A DNA stretch of 57,715 nucleotides, from NCBI GenBank assembly GCA_947573965.1, contig CANPHV010000001.1, positions 1 to 57,715 on the forward strand, in the 5' to 3' direction. Shown here in pieces: positions 19,791 to 29,563 of this stretch. Both the position numbers and the translations under genes were made by a program. Positions within the stretch are counted from its first letter, which is position 1. Each line of letters starts with the position of its first letter. This DNA is from an uncultured Clostridium sp. (lineage in GTDB: Bacteria > Bacillota > Clostridia > TANB77 > CAG-508). The notes below the pieces were generated by a model. It made no database searches. It was not told the DNA's origin and saw only the letters and a list, made by a program, of their open reading frames with translations.

Positions 19791-21791
19791 ATGGAAAAGG
19801 TAAGAAATTCAAGTGTTTTAAAAGTTTTATGTTATATTATGATACCAATTTTAGTAGCAATTTTTGGATTAAGTGTATTCCATCTAGCATTTTTAAATGA
19901 ATTTGGAAATAAAAAAGAAGAGGTAAAATACACACAAACAGAGAATTTTGCTAATAATTATTTGTATTTCTTTTTAGGAAAAGTTTATTATTGTGAGCCA
20001 GAGGTAAGGGATAAAAAGTTTAGAAAATTGGAAAATCAAGAAGGAGACTTGTATTGCTATTTTGATGAAGGAAGGAATTATGATAGTAGCCAAGTTGGAA
20101 ATTATATTAAGTACGTTATTGTAGAAAAAGCAACAGGAGACTTATTTACGAATATTAAAAGTGGTGATTACCAACAAGTAATGAGTGATATGCAAAATCA
20201 GAAGATATACTGGAATTTTGTAGATGGAAAAGTGGATACTAATTTAAGTTATATTAATCAAGATAATATTAAATATAGTTATTGTTTTAATGATACACAA
20301 GAAAGTAACGAACATGATTATGATATTTATAGCTTTTTTGATGAAGAAGAAGCCACAATAGCAAGTAATTTTCTATTCGATAAAACGGCCTATGATTTTA
20401 TGTTGCAACATAGGGATTTACCAATTTATGGGTGTATTTTTAGTGTGATAGTATTGCTAATGATTGCTTTTTATCTATTTTGTGCAATTGGCTATAAAAA
20501 AGGAGAAAGTGGAATTTGTTTAAATACCTTAGACAAGATACCTTATGAAATTATTTGTGCAATATGTGTGAATGTAATAGCCATAGCAGCTACTATTCTA
20601 GTTAGTATGACAAATGATATTTTTTCTTCTTATTATATAGTAATTGGTTTTTTCTTAATTTTTTATATTGTTGGGTATATTGCCTGTGCTGTATGGGGGA
20701 TTACAACCATAAAGAGAATTAAGGCAAAAACTTTTTGGAAAAGTTTTTTAACCTACAAGATTATGAATTGGTTAGTAAACAAAAAGATGAAGAAATATGT
20801 CAAAGAGTTTAGTCAAAAAACGTCAAGTGGACAAAAAATCTTCTGGTATTATTGGGGATTTGTTGTAATTAGTGTTGTGCTAGCTTGCTTACTAGGTAGT
20901 GCAACTGCAATTATTGCACTAATTCTATTCTGGCTATGGGTTTTTTATCGAATTAAAAAATATACGAGACAACAAGATGAAATAAAAGAAGCATTAGAAA
21001 AAATATATCAAGGAAATAATGAGATATATTTAAATGATAGCGAATTACAAGGCGTGCAAAAGGAAATGGCAGTTTACATTAATGATATTGCAGGTGGATT
21101 TTCCAATGCAATTGAGGAGAGTTTGAAGTCAGAAAGGTTAAAGACAGAGTTGATTACCAATGTGTCACATGATATCAAAACACCATTAACTTCTATCATT
21201 AACTATGTAGATTTATTGAAAAAAGAAGAACTACAAGACGAAAGAATAAGAGAATATGTTGAAATTTTAGATATGAAGTCACAAAGATTAAAAAAGCTAA
21301 CAGAAGATTTAGTAGAAGCTTCAAAGGTATCTTCTGGAAATGTGAAACTTACCATCGAAGAAATTAATTTAAAAGAATTAATTAACCAAAGTATCGGGGA
21401 ATTCAAAGACCGCTTTGAAGAAAAAGGGCTACAAATTGAAAGTAATATGCCAGAAGGAATAAAAGTAAAAGCCGATAATCGCTATTTATATCGAGTAATA
21501 GAAAATCTTTTTAGTAATATTACCAAATATGCACTAGAGAATTCAAGGGTTTATATTGATATTACAAAAGAGAAAAACAAAATTAGTATCAGTATGAAAA
21601 ATATTTCAAAGGAGAAACTAAATATTAGTAGTGATGAATTAATGCAACGTTTTGTCAGAGGGGATAAAGCAAGATACACCGAAGGAAGTGGCTTGGGATT
21701 ATCCATAGCTAAAAGCTTGACAGAATTACAAGGAGGAACGTTTGACATTTATATTGATGGTGATTTATTTAAGGTAGTAATTGAGTGGTAA
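19791..21791 (+). CDS. sensor histidine kinase with large N-terminal sensor and multi-TM region
   Basis: H-box ITNVSHDIKTPLTSI, N-box ENLFSNITKYA, G-box GSGLGLSIA. Confidence 0.9.
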   Translation: MEKVRNSSVLKVLCYIMIPILVAIFGLSVFHLAFLNEFGNKKEEVKYTQTENFANNYLYFFLGKVYYCEPEVRDKKFRKLENQEGDLYCYFDEGRNYDSSQVGNYIKYVIVEKATGDLFTNIKSGDYQQVMSDMQNQKIYWNFVDGKVDTNLSYINQDNIKYSYCFNDTQESNEHDYDIYSFFDEEEATIASNFLFDKTAYDFMLQHRDLPIYGCIFSVIVLLMIAFYLFCAIGYKKGESGICLNTLDKIPYEIICAICVNVIAIAATILVSMTNDIFSSYYIVIGFFLIFYIVGYIACAVWGITTIKRIKAKTFWKSFLTYKIMNWLVNKKMKKYVKEFSQKTSSGQKIFWYYWGFVVISVVLACLLGSATAIIALILFWLWVFYRIKKYTRQQDEIKEALEKIYQGNNEIYLNDSELQGVQKEMAVYINDIAGGFSNAIEESLKSERLKTELITNVSHDIKTPLTSIINYVDLLKKEELQDERIREYVEILDMKSQRLKKLTEDLVEASKVSSGNVKLTIEEINLKELINQSIGEFKDRFEEKGLQIESNMPEGIKVKADNRYLYRVIENLFSNITKYALENSRVYIDITKEKNKISISMKNISKEKLNISSDELMQRFVRGDKARYTEGSGLGLSIAKSLTELQGGTFDIYIDGDLFKVVIEW

Positions 21792-21857
21792 AAAAATAAG
21801 AAATATGATAGAATAAAAATTAAGAGAAAAACAAAAGCTAAAAATGGAGGAGAGAGA

Positions 21858-22532
21858 ATGAAAAAATTAATTGCTATCATAATTGTATTAGTCATCATTT
21901 TAGTTGGATTTATTGCCTATAAAAAGTTTGCTATTTCATCCCAAGAAATTAAGATAGAAGAAGTTGAAAAAATCGAGAGTTATCTTCAACAAATTTATAT
22001 GTGGCAGGAAATAACCAATGAGGCCTTACCAGCTTTTGAAGATATCAATCAGGCAGATGAAATGTGGCTATGGGAAGTGGTTAAGAAGAACTTAGAAGAG
22101 TATGAATTGACAAGTGAAATGATAGAGACAAAAGCAAAAGAGATTTTTGGAGAAAAATTTGCTAAAAAATTTCCGAAAGAAGGAACTATGTATTTAGTGC
22201 CAGATGAAGAAAATCAGGTTTATTATGCCACAGGAACAGGACTAGACGAAGAAGAAGATTTGTTTTTGCTAAATAAAATTGAAAAAACTAAAACAGGATA
22301 TGAAGTGGAAATTGTAGAATATTTAGAAGATTATTCCCAAATAGATGAACAAGGAATTATTGTGATAAGAAATATAGAAGGCAAAGAAATTGGAAGGGTA
22401 GACTATCAGGAAGAAGAAAAGACGAAGCAACTAGCAAAAGACAATAGCGATAAATTAAGTAAAAAAAGAATTACCCTTCAAGAAGAAAAGGGAAAATTAG
22501 TAGTAGAAAAGGTAGAAAAGGAGCAAGTATGA
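21858..22532 (+). CDS. membrane-anchored hypothetical protein
   Basis: GGAGGAGAG RBS; N-terminal TM helix (LIAIIIVLVIILVGFIAY); acidic extracytoplasmic domain. Confidence 0.6.
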   Translation: MKKLIAIIIVLVIILVGFIAYKKFAISSQEIKIEEVEKIESYLQQIYMWQEITNEALPAFEDINQADEMWLWEVVKKNLEEYELTSEMIETKAKEIFGEKFAKKFPKEGTMYLVPDEENQVYYATGTGLDEEEDLFLLNKIEKTKTGYEVEIVEYLEDYSQIDEQGIIVIRNIEGKEIGRVDYQEEEKTKQLAKDNSDKLSKKRITLQEEKGKLVVEKVEKEQV

Positions 22533-23419
22533 TACAACTAGAAAAATGCAATCTATGTCCACATGAGTGTAATTGTAATCGAAAAGAAGGAAAAATAGGA
22601 AGATGCAAGGCAACCGACAAAGTTCGTGTTGCCTTAGTTAGCACCCATAACTTTGAAGAACCTTGTATCAGTGGAGAAAATGGTTCGGGAACGGTGTTTT
22701 TTTCGAACTGTAACCTAAATTGTATTTATTGCCAAAACTATGAAATTAGTCAATTGGGAAAAGGCAAAGACATAACCACACAAGAGTTAGCAGAAATATT
22801 TTTAAAACAACAAGAAAAAGGCGTAGAAAATATTAATTTGGTAACACCAACAAGTTATGTAATACCTATTATAGAAGCCATAAAAAAAGCCAAACAAAAA
22901 GGGCTATCGCTTCCGATTGTTTATAATACAAATGGCTATGAGAAAATAGAAACTTTGAAGTTGTTAGAAGGACTAATTGATATTTATTTACCTGATTTGA
23001 AATATGCAGAGAATTGCTTAGGAGAACAGTATTCGCATGTACATAACTATTTTGAAATAGCTACACAAGCAATTCAAGAGATGGTAAGACAGGTTGGAGT
23101 GCCTCAATTAGATAATAGAGGGATGATGAAAAAAGGGGTTATGGTAAGACATTTGGTTCTGCCAAATCATATCGAAAATAGCCAAAAAGTACTAAAATGG
23201 TTAAAGGAAAATCTGCCAAAAGAAATTTTTATTAGTATCATGGCACAATATTTTCCAACCTATCAGGCAAAAGAGGTGGAAAATTTAAGTCGAAAGTTGA
23301 CCCAAGAGGAATGGTTGAAAATAGAAAATTATATAGAAGAGTTAGCGTTTGAAAATGGATATTGCCAAGAGCTTGGTAAGCATGAGGAAGAATATGTGCC
23401 AAAATGGGATTGCGATTAA
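22529..23419 (+). CDS. radical SAM protein (activase-like)
   Basis: CNLNCIYCQNYEIS CxxxCxxC cluster motif; 296 aa; 4-nt overlap with the upstream gene. Confidence 0.8.
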   Translation: MIQLEKCNLCPHECNCNRKEGKIGRCKATDKVRVALVSTHNFEEPCISGENGSGTVFFSNCNLNCIYCQNYEISQLGKGKDITTQELAEIFLKQQEKGVENINLVTPTSYVIPIIEAIKKAKQKGLSLPIVYNTNGYEKIETLKLLEGLIDIYLPDLKYAENCLGEQYSHVHNYFEIATQAIQEMVRQVGVPQLDNRGMMKKGVMVRHLVLPNHIENSQKVLKWLKENLPKEIFISIMAQYFPTYQAKEVENLSRKLTQEEWLKIENYIEELAFENGYCQELGKHEEEYVPKWDCD

Positions 23420-23454
23420 TGTCGAAAAATGCGATGAATTTTTGTTGAAAATAC

Positions 23455-23550
23455 TTGAAATATGTTTTGTTAGAGAGTATAATTTTAGAAAAGATTATTT
23501 AAGTCATTGAAGAAGGGGAATATTGAACTAAAAGATATTCCCTAGTTTTG
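23455..23550 (+). ncRNA. orphan promoter plus hairpin: candidate small RNA
   Basis: consensus-like TTGAAA-17-TATAAT (23455-23483), then 8-bp hairpin GGGAATAT/ATATTCCC (23516-23542) and a U-rich tail; no credible ORF or RBS between them. Confidence 0.3.
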
Positions 23551-23589
23551 AAAAATTATTTTTTATCGTAAGAAAATCCAAAATAATAA

Positions 23590-23618
23590 TTGACAATACG
23601 TGCTACACGTAGTAAAAT
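23590..23618 (+). promoter_or_regulatory. promoter with embedded palindromic operator upstream of hicB-like gene
   Basis: TTGACA-17-TAAAAT; the spacer contains the perfect palindrome TACGTG-CTA-CACGTA (23597-23611). Confidence 0.5.
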
Positions 23619-23704
23619 AAGAAAGAAGGCGATAGATTGACATTTAAACAAATGGTGTATTCTATACGAAAGCAAGCAGGATTAAAAGAAGGAGAGAAAG
23701 AAAA

Positions 23705-24118
23705 ATGATGAAATTAGTTTATCCAGCAAAATTCTATTATGAAAAAGAAGGGGGATACAGCGTTGAAGTACCAGACTTAATAGGTTGTGTAACACAGGGA
23801 GAAACCTTAGAAGAAGCAATAGAAATGGCACAAGATGCAGCTTTAGGGTGGCTATTAACAGCCATAGAAGAGGAAGAAGAAATACCAAAACCATCTACCA
23901 TCGAAGAAATAAAAATTGAAAAGGAAGGATTTAAATCTTTACTTTTATTAAATATAGACGAATATACAGAAAAGTATGGTAGTAAAAAATCCATAAAAAA
24001 GACATTAACTATACCACAATGGTTAAACAAAAGAGCCGAGAAACTGGGGATTAATTTTTCACAAGCATTACAAGAAATTTTGCTTAGCAAAATTGTAAAA
24101 ATGGGTCAAAAAAAGTAG
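23705..24118 (+). CDS. HicB-family antitoxin-like protein with C-terminal RHH-like DNA-binding tail
   Basis: YPAKFYYEKEGGYSVEVPDLIGCVTQGETLEEAIEMAQDAL is typical of HicB; the tail LTIPQWLNKRAEKLGINFSQALQEIL is CopG/RHH-like. Confidence 0.75.
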   Translation: MMKLVYPAKFYYEKEGGYSVEVPDLIGCVTQGETLEEAIEMAQDAALGWLLTAIEEEEEIPKPSTIEEIKIEKEGFKSLLLLNIDEYTEKYGSKKSIKKTLTIPQWLNKRAEKLGINFSQALQEILLSKIVKMGQKK

Positions 24119-24172
24119 AAATTTGAAAAATAATATGATATACTTTGAAAAAAACTAGAGGAGGAAACAAAA

Positions 24173-25033
24173 ATGACACAAGCAGACAAACACTTTATCG
24201 AAACTTGCAAAGAAATAATCGAAAATGGAATATCATCAGAAGGAACCAATGTAAGAACGAGATGGGAAGATGGAACAGAAGCAAATTATGTATCTATTGT
24301 AGGGGTATCAAACAAATACGATGTGGGAAAAGAATTTCCAATGATAACCTTAAGAAACAACAGTAAAACCTTTACGAAAGCAATTGATGAAGTTTTGTGG
24401 ATTTGGCAAAAAAAATCCAACAATGTGCATGAATTAAACTCTCACATTTGGGACCAATGGGCAGACAGTGAAGGAAGCATTGGAAAAGCTTATGGATATC
24501 AAATGGGAAAAAAATACCAATTTAAAACCAAAGAAGGTCTAAAAGAAATGGACCAAGTAGATAACGTTCTATATTTATTAAAAAATGACCAATCCAGCCG
24601 TAGAATTATGACAAATATATATAATCATGAAGAATTAAAAGACATGGGATTAGAACCATGCTTATATAGTACGCAGTGGTTAGTAAAACAAGGAAAATTG
24701 CATTTGATTTTAAATCAACGTTCACAAGATATGTTAGCAGCTAACGGATGGAATATCATGCAATATGCTGCATTGCAGTATATGTTTGCACAGGTAACAG
24801 GGTTAGAAGTAGGAACCTTAACACACAACATAGGAGACTGCCATATCTATGACCGACACATACCACTTGTTAAAAAACTAATAATGGAGGGAGAAAGTAA
24901 AGACGTCCATCCAAAACTAATCATAAAAAATCCAACCAAAAACTTCTATGAATTCAAACCAGAAGATTTTGAAATAGAAGGATATGAATATGATAAAACA
25001 ATGAAATTAGGAAAAATACCAGTAGCAGAATAA
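24173..25033 (+). CDS. thyA: thymidylate synthase
   Basis: 286 aa; catalytic LEPCLYSTQW, NQRSQDML; followed by folA. Confidence 0.85.
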   Translation: MTQADKHFIETCKEIIENGISSEGTNVRTRWEDGTEANYVSIVGVSNKYDVGKEFPMITLRNNSKTFTKAIDEVLWIWQKKSNNVHELNSHIWDQWADSEGSIGKAYGYQMGKKYQFKTKEGLKEMDQVDNVLYLLKNDQSSRRIMTNIYNHEELKDMGLEPCLYSTQWLVKQGKLHLILNQRSQDMLAANGWNIMQYAALQYMFAQVTGLEVGTLTHNIGDCHIYDRHIPLVKKLIMEGESKDVHPKLIIKNPTKNFYEFKPEDFEIEGYEYDKTMKLGKIPVAE

Positions 25034-25072
25034 AATATAAGATTGTAAAAGTTAGAGAAGGAGCGTATAAAA

Positions 25073-25558
25073 ATGTTAAGTATTGTAGTAGCAAAAGCAA
25101 AAAATAATATAATAGGAAAAGAAAATAAATTAATATGGAATTTGCCAGCCGACTTAAAACATTTTAAGGAGTTAACGACAGGGCATACCATTATTATGGG
25201 AAGAAAAACCTTTGAATCACTAGGAAGGGTTTTACCAGAGAGAAAGCATATTGTATTTAGTCAAAATCCAGATTTTAAAGTAAAAGATGAAAATGTACAA
25301 GTCGTTCATTCTATGTTAGAAATACAAGAATACATAGAAAATGAAGAAGAAAACTTTGTGATTGGTGGCGCTATGATTTATAATTTATTAATGCCACATG
25401 TAACCAAAATGTATGTAACAGAAATTGAAGAGGAATTTGAAGGGGACAGTTTTTTCCCAAAAATCAATCCAGAAATTTGGAAGGAAACAAGTAGAGAAAA
25501 AGGTCCAAAAGACGAGAAAAATGATTTGGATTATGAGTTTGTTACCTACGAAAAATAA
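25073..25558 (+). CDS. folA: dihydrofolate reductase
   Basis: IVAKAKNNIIGKENKLIW, TIIMGRKTFESL, VIGGAMIY. Confidence 0.9.
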   Translation: MLSIVVAKAKNNIIGKENKLIWNLPADLKHFKELTTGHTIIMGRKTFESLGRVLPERKHIVFSQNPDFKVKDENVQVVHSMLEIQEYIENEEENFVIGGAMIYNLLMPHVTKMYVTEIEEEFEGDSFFPKINPEIWKETSREKGPKDEKNDLDYEFVTYEK

Positions 25559-25578
25559 AGGAAAGTTGAAAAATAATT

Positions 25579-26142
25579 ATGAAAATCATAGGAATAACAG
25601 GAAAATCGGGAAGTGGAAAATCGACCTTAACAGAACTACTAAGTGAAAAGTTAGCGTGTCAAAGTGTTAATGTAGACAAAATAGGGCATCAAGCGACCAA
25701 TGACGAAAAAATTACAGAAAAATTGTGTGAGATTTTTGGACAAGAAATTTTAGATGAAAATAAAAAGGTAGATAGAAAAAAATTGGGAAATCTCGTTTTT
25801 TCGGATACGAAAAAAATGGATCAGCTAACAGAAGTTACTTGGGGATATATGCAAAATGTTTTAGATGATATTTTAAACAAGCAACCAGAAATCATTATAT
25901 TAGAATGGGCTTTGCTTCCTATTGATGAAAAATATTGGAACCAGTGTGATATAAAGATTTTGATGAAGGCAGAGGATGACAAACGAAAAAATAAAGTGAT
26001 GGAGAGAGACAAGATAACAGAGGACTATTTTTTGAAGCGTGAAAAGAATAGTATGAATTATGACCAATATGAATTTGACTATGTTTTTGAAAATGATTAT
26101 CAAATAGAAACAATGGAAAAAATCGTAACTATTTTAAAATAA
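25579..26142 (+). CDS. coaE: dephospho-CoA kinase-like P-loop kinase
   Basis: IGITGKSGSGKST P-loop at the N-terminus; 187 aa. Confidence 0.7.
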   Translation: MKIIGITGKSGSGKSTLTELLSEKLACQSVNVDKIGHQATNDEKITEKLCEIFGQEILDENKKVDRKKLGNLVFSDTKKMDQLTEVTWGYMQNVLDDILNKQPEIIILEWALLPIDEKYWNQCDIKILMKAEDDKRKNKVMERDKITEDYFLKREKNSMNYDQYEFDYVFENDYQIETMEKIVTILK

Positions 26143-26194
26143 GAATACAAAAAAAGCTTTTGGTTAAACTAAGACTACAAGGAAGTGGGAAAAA

Positions 26195-27193
26195 ATGTTT
26201 AAACCAAAAGCTATTTATTTTGAAAAAGAAATTATGAATTATCCATTAGGTAAGGAATTAATGGATAAGTATAAAGAAGTGCCTAAAATAGAGATAGAAA
26301 ACCATAATAATATTGAAGAAATGAGAAAAAAGTCCAATCGAGAATTTGCAGATATGAAGAGAAATTTAATTATTGGGGTTAGAAAAACACATAAATTTGT
26401 AGAAAATCATAAAACTTCAGATTATTTGGTGCCTTATACTTCATCTGGTTGCATAGCAGCTTGTATGTATTGTTACTTGGTATGTAACTATAATAAATGT
26501 GCGTATTTACGCTTGTTTGTCAATCGTGAGGCTATGTTAGAAAAAATAATAAAGACAGCGGAAAAATCGGAAAAAGAGTTAACCTTTGAAATCGGAAGCA
26601 ATAGTGACTTGATTTTAGAAAATACCATTACTAATAATTTAAAGTGGACGATTGAAAATTTTCAAAAGGTAAAACAGGGGAAATTAACTTTTCCTACTAA
26701 ATTTGATATGGTAGATGATATTCTACCACTGAATCATCAAGGGAAAGTGATTATTAGAATGAGTGTTAATCCAGAAGAAATTATTAATCGTGTAGAATTT
26801 GGGACTTCTAGGTTAAAGGGAAGAATTGAGGCTATTAATAAATTAAAAGAGGCGGGCTATTCGATTGGAATTTTGATAGCTCCTGTTATTTTAGTGGAAA
26901 ATTGGAAATTACTTTACCAAGAATTGATACAAAGGTTAGCGGAAGAATTGTCAGAAGCGGTAAAAAAAGAGGCGTTTTTTGAAATTATTTTTATGACGTA
27001 TAGTTATATTCACACGAAAATAAATGAAGAAGCTTTTCCCAATGCGATTTCTTTGTATGATAAGGAGAATATGACAGGTAGAGGTCGTGGGAAATATTGG
27101 TACAAAAATGAAATAAGAGGAGAGGCAGAATTGTTTTTGCGTGAACAGATGAGTCACTATTTTCCGCATAATAAAATTGAATATATTGTTTGA
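26195..27193 (+). CDS. splB: spore photoproduct lyase (radical SAM)
   Basis: 332 aa, cluster motif SSGCIAACMYCYL; size and overall pattern match SplB. Confidence 0.8.
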   Translation: MFKPKAIYFEKEIMNYPLGKELMDKYKEVPKIEIENHNNIEEMRKKSNREFADMKRNLIIGVRKTHKFVENHKTSDYLVPYTSSGCIAACMYCYLVCNYNKCAYLRLFVNREAMLEKIIKTAEKSEKELTFEIGSNSDLILENTITNNLKWTIENFQKVKQGKLTFPTKFDMVDDILPLNHQGKVIIRMSVNPEEIINRVEFGTSRLKGRIEAINKLKEAGYSIGILIAPVILVENWKLLYQELIQRLAEELSEAVKKEAFFEIIFMTYSYIHTKINEEAFPNAISLYDKENMTGRGRGKYWYKNEIRGEAELFLREQMSHYFPHNKIEYIV

Positions 27194-27227
27194 TTCTAAA
27201 ATGCAGTAATTGTGAAGTTACTGTGTT
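27176..27227 (+). repeat. 52-bp direct repeat, copy 1 (last 5 codons + stop of splB + hairpin)
   Basis: identical to 29055-29106; contains hairpin CAGTAA-N8-TTACTG; followed here by an A-run, not a T-run. Confidence 0.9.
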
Positions 27228-27257
27228 AAAAAAAATGAAACCAACTATGTTAATTTG

Positions 27258-27286
27258 TTGACAAGTATCTTTCTATTTGATACAAT
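27258..27286 (+). promoter_or_regulatory. sigma-A promoter inside the cassette
   Basis: TTGACA-17-TACAAT. Confidence 0.6.
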
Positions 27287-27379
27287 GCAACAAAGAAAAT
27301 CTTACGAAAGAATGAGAAAAGCGGAATAAAAAATGAACCAATGGAAAAAACTAAAGAAAATAATGGGAGGAAAAAAGAG

Positions 27380-28972
27380 ATGAACAAACAAAGAGGAATT
27401 ACGCTAATTGCATTAGTGATAACGATTATCGTATTGTTAATTTTAGCGGGAATAAGTATAGCGACTTTAACAGGAGAAAATGGAATATTAAATAAAACGA
27501 ATAAAGCCAAAGAAGAACATCTAATAGAACAATACAAAGAAGAAATTAATTTAATTATTATAGATGAAATAGCAGAAAGAAAAACACAAAGAAAAGAAGA
27601 ACGAATGATAATTAGTTTAGATAAAAAAATAAGAGAAAAAGAATGGGTTAACGAAATTTATAAATGTAACAGTAGTGGAGAAGAACAACCAACTTTTGAA
27701 GAAAGTACCCATTTATTAGTAGAAAGTAAAGAACATTATGAATTTTTAATTGAAGTAGATGAAGCAAAACAAACCGCTAAAATTGTGGATTTTGGAAAAG
27801 ATACAGGAGAAAAATATACAGTAACCTATCATCCAAATGGAGGAGAAGGGCAAGCAGAAACAATAGAAATTAAGCAAGGAACTACTTTAACATTGAAAGA
27901 ATGTAATTATATAAGAAAAGGATATACCTTTTTGGAGTGGAATACCCAAGCAGAAGGGACAGGAAATGGATATGAAAGTGGGGCCAATATCAGTATTAAA
28001 GAAGATATGATTTTATATGCTGTCTGGAAAGCACCAAGCACAGTGGAGGAAGCAAAGGAAGCTGGCGTTATATTAAACTCAGAACAACCAACAACGATTA
28101 CAGACACTTATGGAAATGAAGTGAGAGTGCCAGAAGGATTTAAAATAGCAGAAGATTCTGCAACTAATGCAACAGAAGGAATTGTAATTGAAGATGTAAG
28201 CCATGAAGCTACTGCTGGAAGTCAGTTTGTGTGGATACCAGTAGGCACTGTTTATACCAATGCTCAGAAAACTACAAGTGAAACAATAACACTAAACAGA
28301 TATACATTTGATGATAATGGGAATTCAACGGCGCAAGGAGAAAAAGTAATAGATAGTTATTATCAAGAATTAGCAACTTCTAATAAAGGTAATATAGTTG
28401 CTAAAAATATTCAGGCATTTAAAACAAGTGCAACAACCAATAAAGGATATTATATGGGGAGATATGAAGCAAGAAGTGTAACACAAAGAACTTCTGAAGC
28501 GAATGAGTTAGGACAAGTAACAACAAAACCCAATGACTATGTGTACAATTATGTTACACAACAACAAGCAGCAACATTAGCAAGAGAAATGTATGAAACC
28601 AATAACAAATTCACAAGTGATTTAGTAAATAGTTATGCTTGGGATACGGCAATTGTATTTTTACAAACTTTTGATAATAGAAGCAATAAAACAAAACCCT
28701 ATTCAAAACAAAATAGCTTAAACACTACATTGGCACCTAAAGGAACCAATAACTTAAGTAATACAGCCAGACAAGATAAGATATGCAATGTTTGGGATAT
28801 GGCAAGCAATAACTTTTCTTGGACTACAGAGACATCTTTAATGTCTGGAGCACCAGCTCCAGTTAGAGGCGGAACTGTCTTTCTCGATGCATACTGTACA
28901 TCTTCTCGTGACTATGACAACATTGATTATGCCAATAATTATTGTTCATTTAGAACGATACTTTATTTATAA
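27380..28972 (+). CDS. surface protein with pilin-like N-terminus, Listeria-Bacteroides-type repeat and FGE/sulfatase-modifying-factor-like C-terminal domain
   Basis: GGGAGG RBS before ATG 27380; MNKQRG-ITLIALVITIIVLLILAG; YTVTYHPNGGEG...GYTFLEWN repeat; C-terminus YYMGRYEA...NVWDMASNNFSWTTE...VRGG. Confidence 0.7.
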   Translation: MNKQRGITLIALVITIIVLLILAGISIATLTGENGILNKTNKAKEEHLIEQYKEEINLIIIDEIAERKTQRKEERMIISLDKKIREKEWVNEIYKCNSSGEEQPTFEESTHLLVESKEHYEFLIEVDEAKQTAKIVDFGKDTGEKYTVTYHPNGGEGQAETIEIKQGTTLTLKECNYIRKGYTFLEWNTQAEGTGNGYESGANISIKEDMILYAVWKAPSTVEEAKEAGVILNSEQPTTITDTYGNEVRVPEGFKIAEDSATNATEGIVIEDVSHEATAGSQFVWIPVGTVYTNAQKTTSETITLNRYTFDDNGNSTAQGEKVIDSYYQELATSNKGNIVAKNIQAFKTSATTNKGYYMGRYEARSVTQRTSEANELGQVTTKPNDYVYNYVTQQQAATLAREMYETNNKFTSDLVNSYAWDTAIVFLQTFDNRSNKTKPYSKQNSLNTTLAPKGTNNLSNTARQDKICNVWDMASNNFSWTTETSLMSGAPAPVRGGTVFLDAYCTSSRDYDNIDYANNYCSFRTILYL

Positions 28973-29054
28973 GATAAAACAGAAAAAGCGGAAAAGATAG
29001 TGAAGGAAATTTAATACTACATTGGGGTTCGCGTCGCTTTAATTGTGTAGAATT

Positions 29055-29106
29055 ATTGAATATATTGTTTGATTCTAAAATGCAGTAATTGTGAAGTTAC
29101 TGTGTT
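29055..29106 (+). repeat. 52-bp direct repeat, copy 2 (followed by a T7 run, so a functional terminator)
   Basis: identical to 27176-27227; no upstream ORF is in frame with the duplicated splB codons. Confidence 0.9.
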
Positions 29107-29278
29107 TTTTTCGTTACTATATAGTAAATTTGCAAGAAAAGTAATTGAAAATAAGCATAAAATGTTGCACTATAATTAAAATTTAAATCTTTTTCTGAAT
29201 GTGATTCTTACATTTGGATTTTCCAAAAAAGGTATTGAAAAAAGTAAAAAATGATGATATAGTAAAGGTGGTGATAGA

Positions 29279-29545
29279 TTGCCAGTTATTTTGCAATTTT
29301 ATGGAATTGTTATTCAAATGTTTTTTGATGAAAACGGAAAACATCATGAAAAACATATACATGTTAGGTATAATGAACAAGAAGCGGTATATGATTTAAA
29401 AGGAAATATTTTGGAAGGACAAGTTCCATACAAAAAAAGAAAATTAGTAGAAGCGTGGATTACTATTCATGAAGAAGAATTGAATAGTTTGTGGAATTTA
29501 ATCCATGAGCAAGGCGAATTCTTTAAAATAGAACCTTTAAAGTAA
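29279..29545 (+). CDS. DUF4160-family protein
   Basis: TTG start after an AAGGTGGTGA RBS; LPVILQFYGIVIQMFFDENGKHHEKHIHVRY is a typical DUF4160 N-terminus. Confidence 0.7.
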   Translation: MPVILQFYGIVIQMFFDENGKHHEKHIHVRYNEQEAVYDLKGNILEGQVPYKKRKLVEAWITIHEEELNSLWNLIHEQGEFFKIEPLK

Positions 29546-29563
29546 AAAATGGAGGGGGAAATA

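Noticed and set aside
19667-19900. 77-aa ORF spanning the right half of the foldback element into the kinase gene
   Set aside because: It has no RBS, has a basic low-complexity composition, and overlaps the well-supported HK start at 19791. It is a by-product of the palindrome.
24145-24366. ORFs 24145..24366+ and 25425..25646+ overlapping thyA and folA-coaE out of frame
   Set aside because: The overlapping frames encode well-conserved enzymes, and the alternative ORFs are K/R/N-rich with no RBS.
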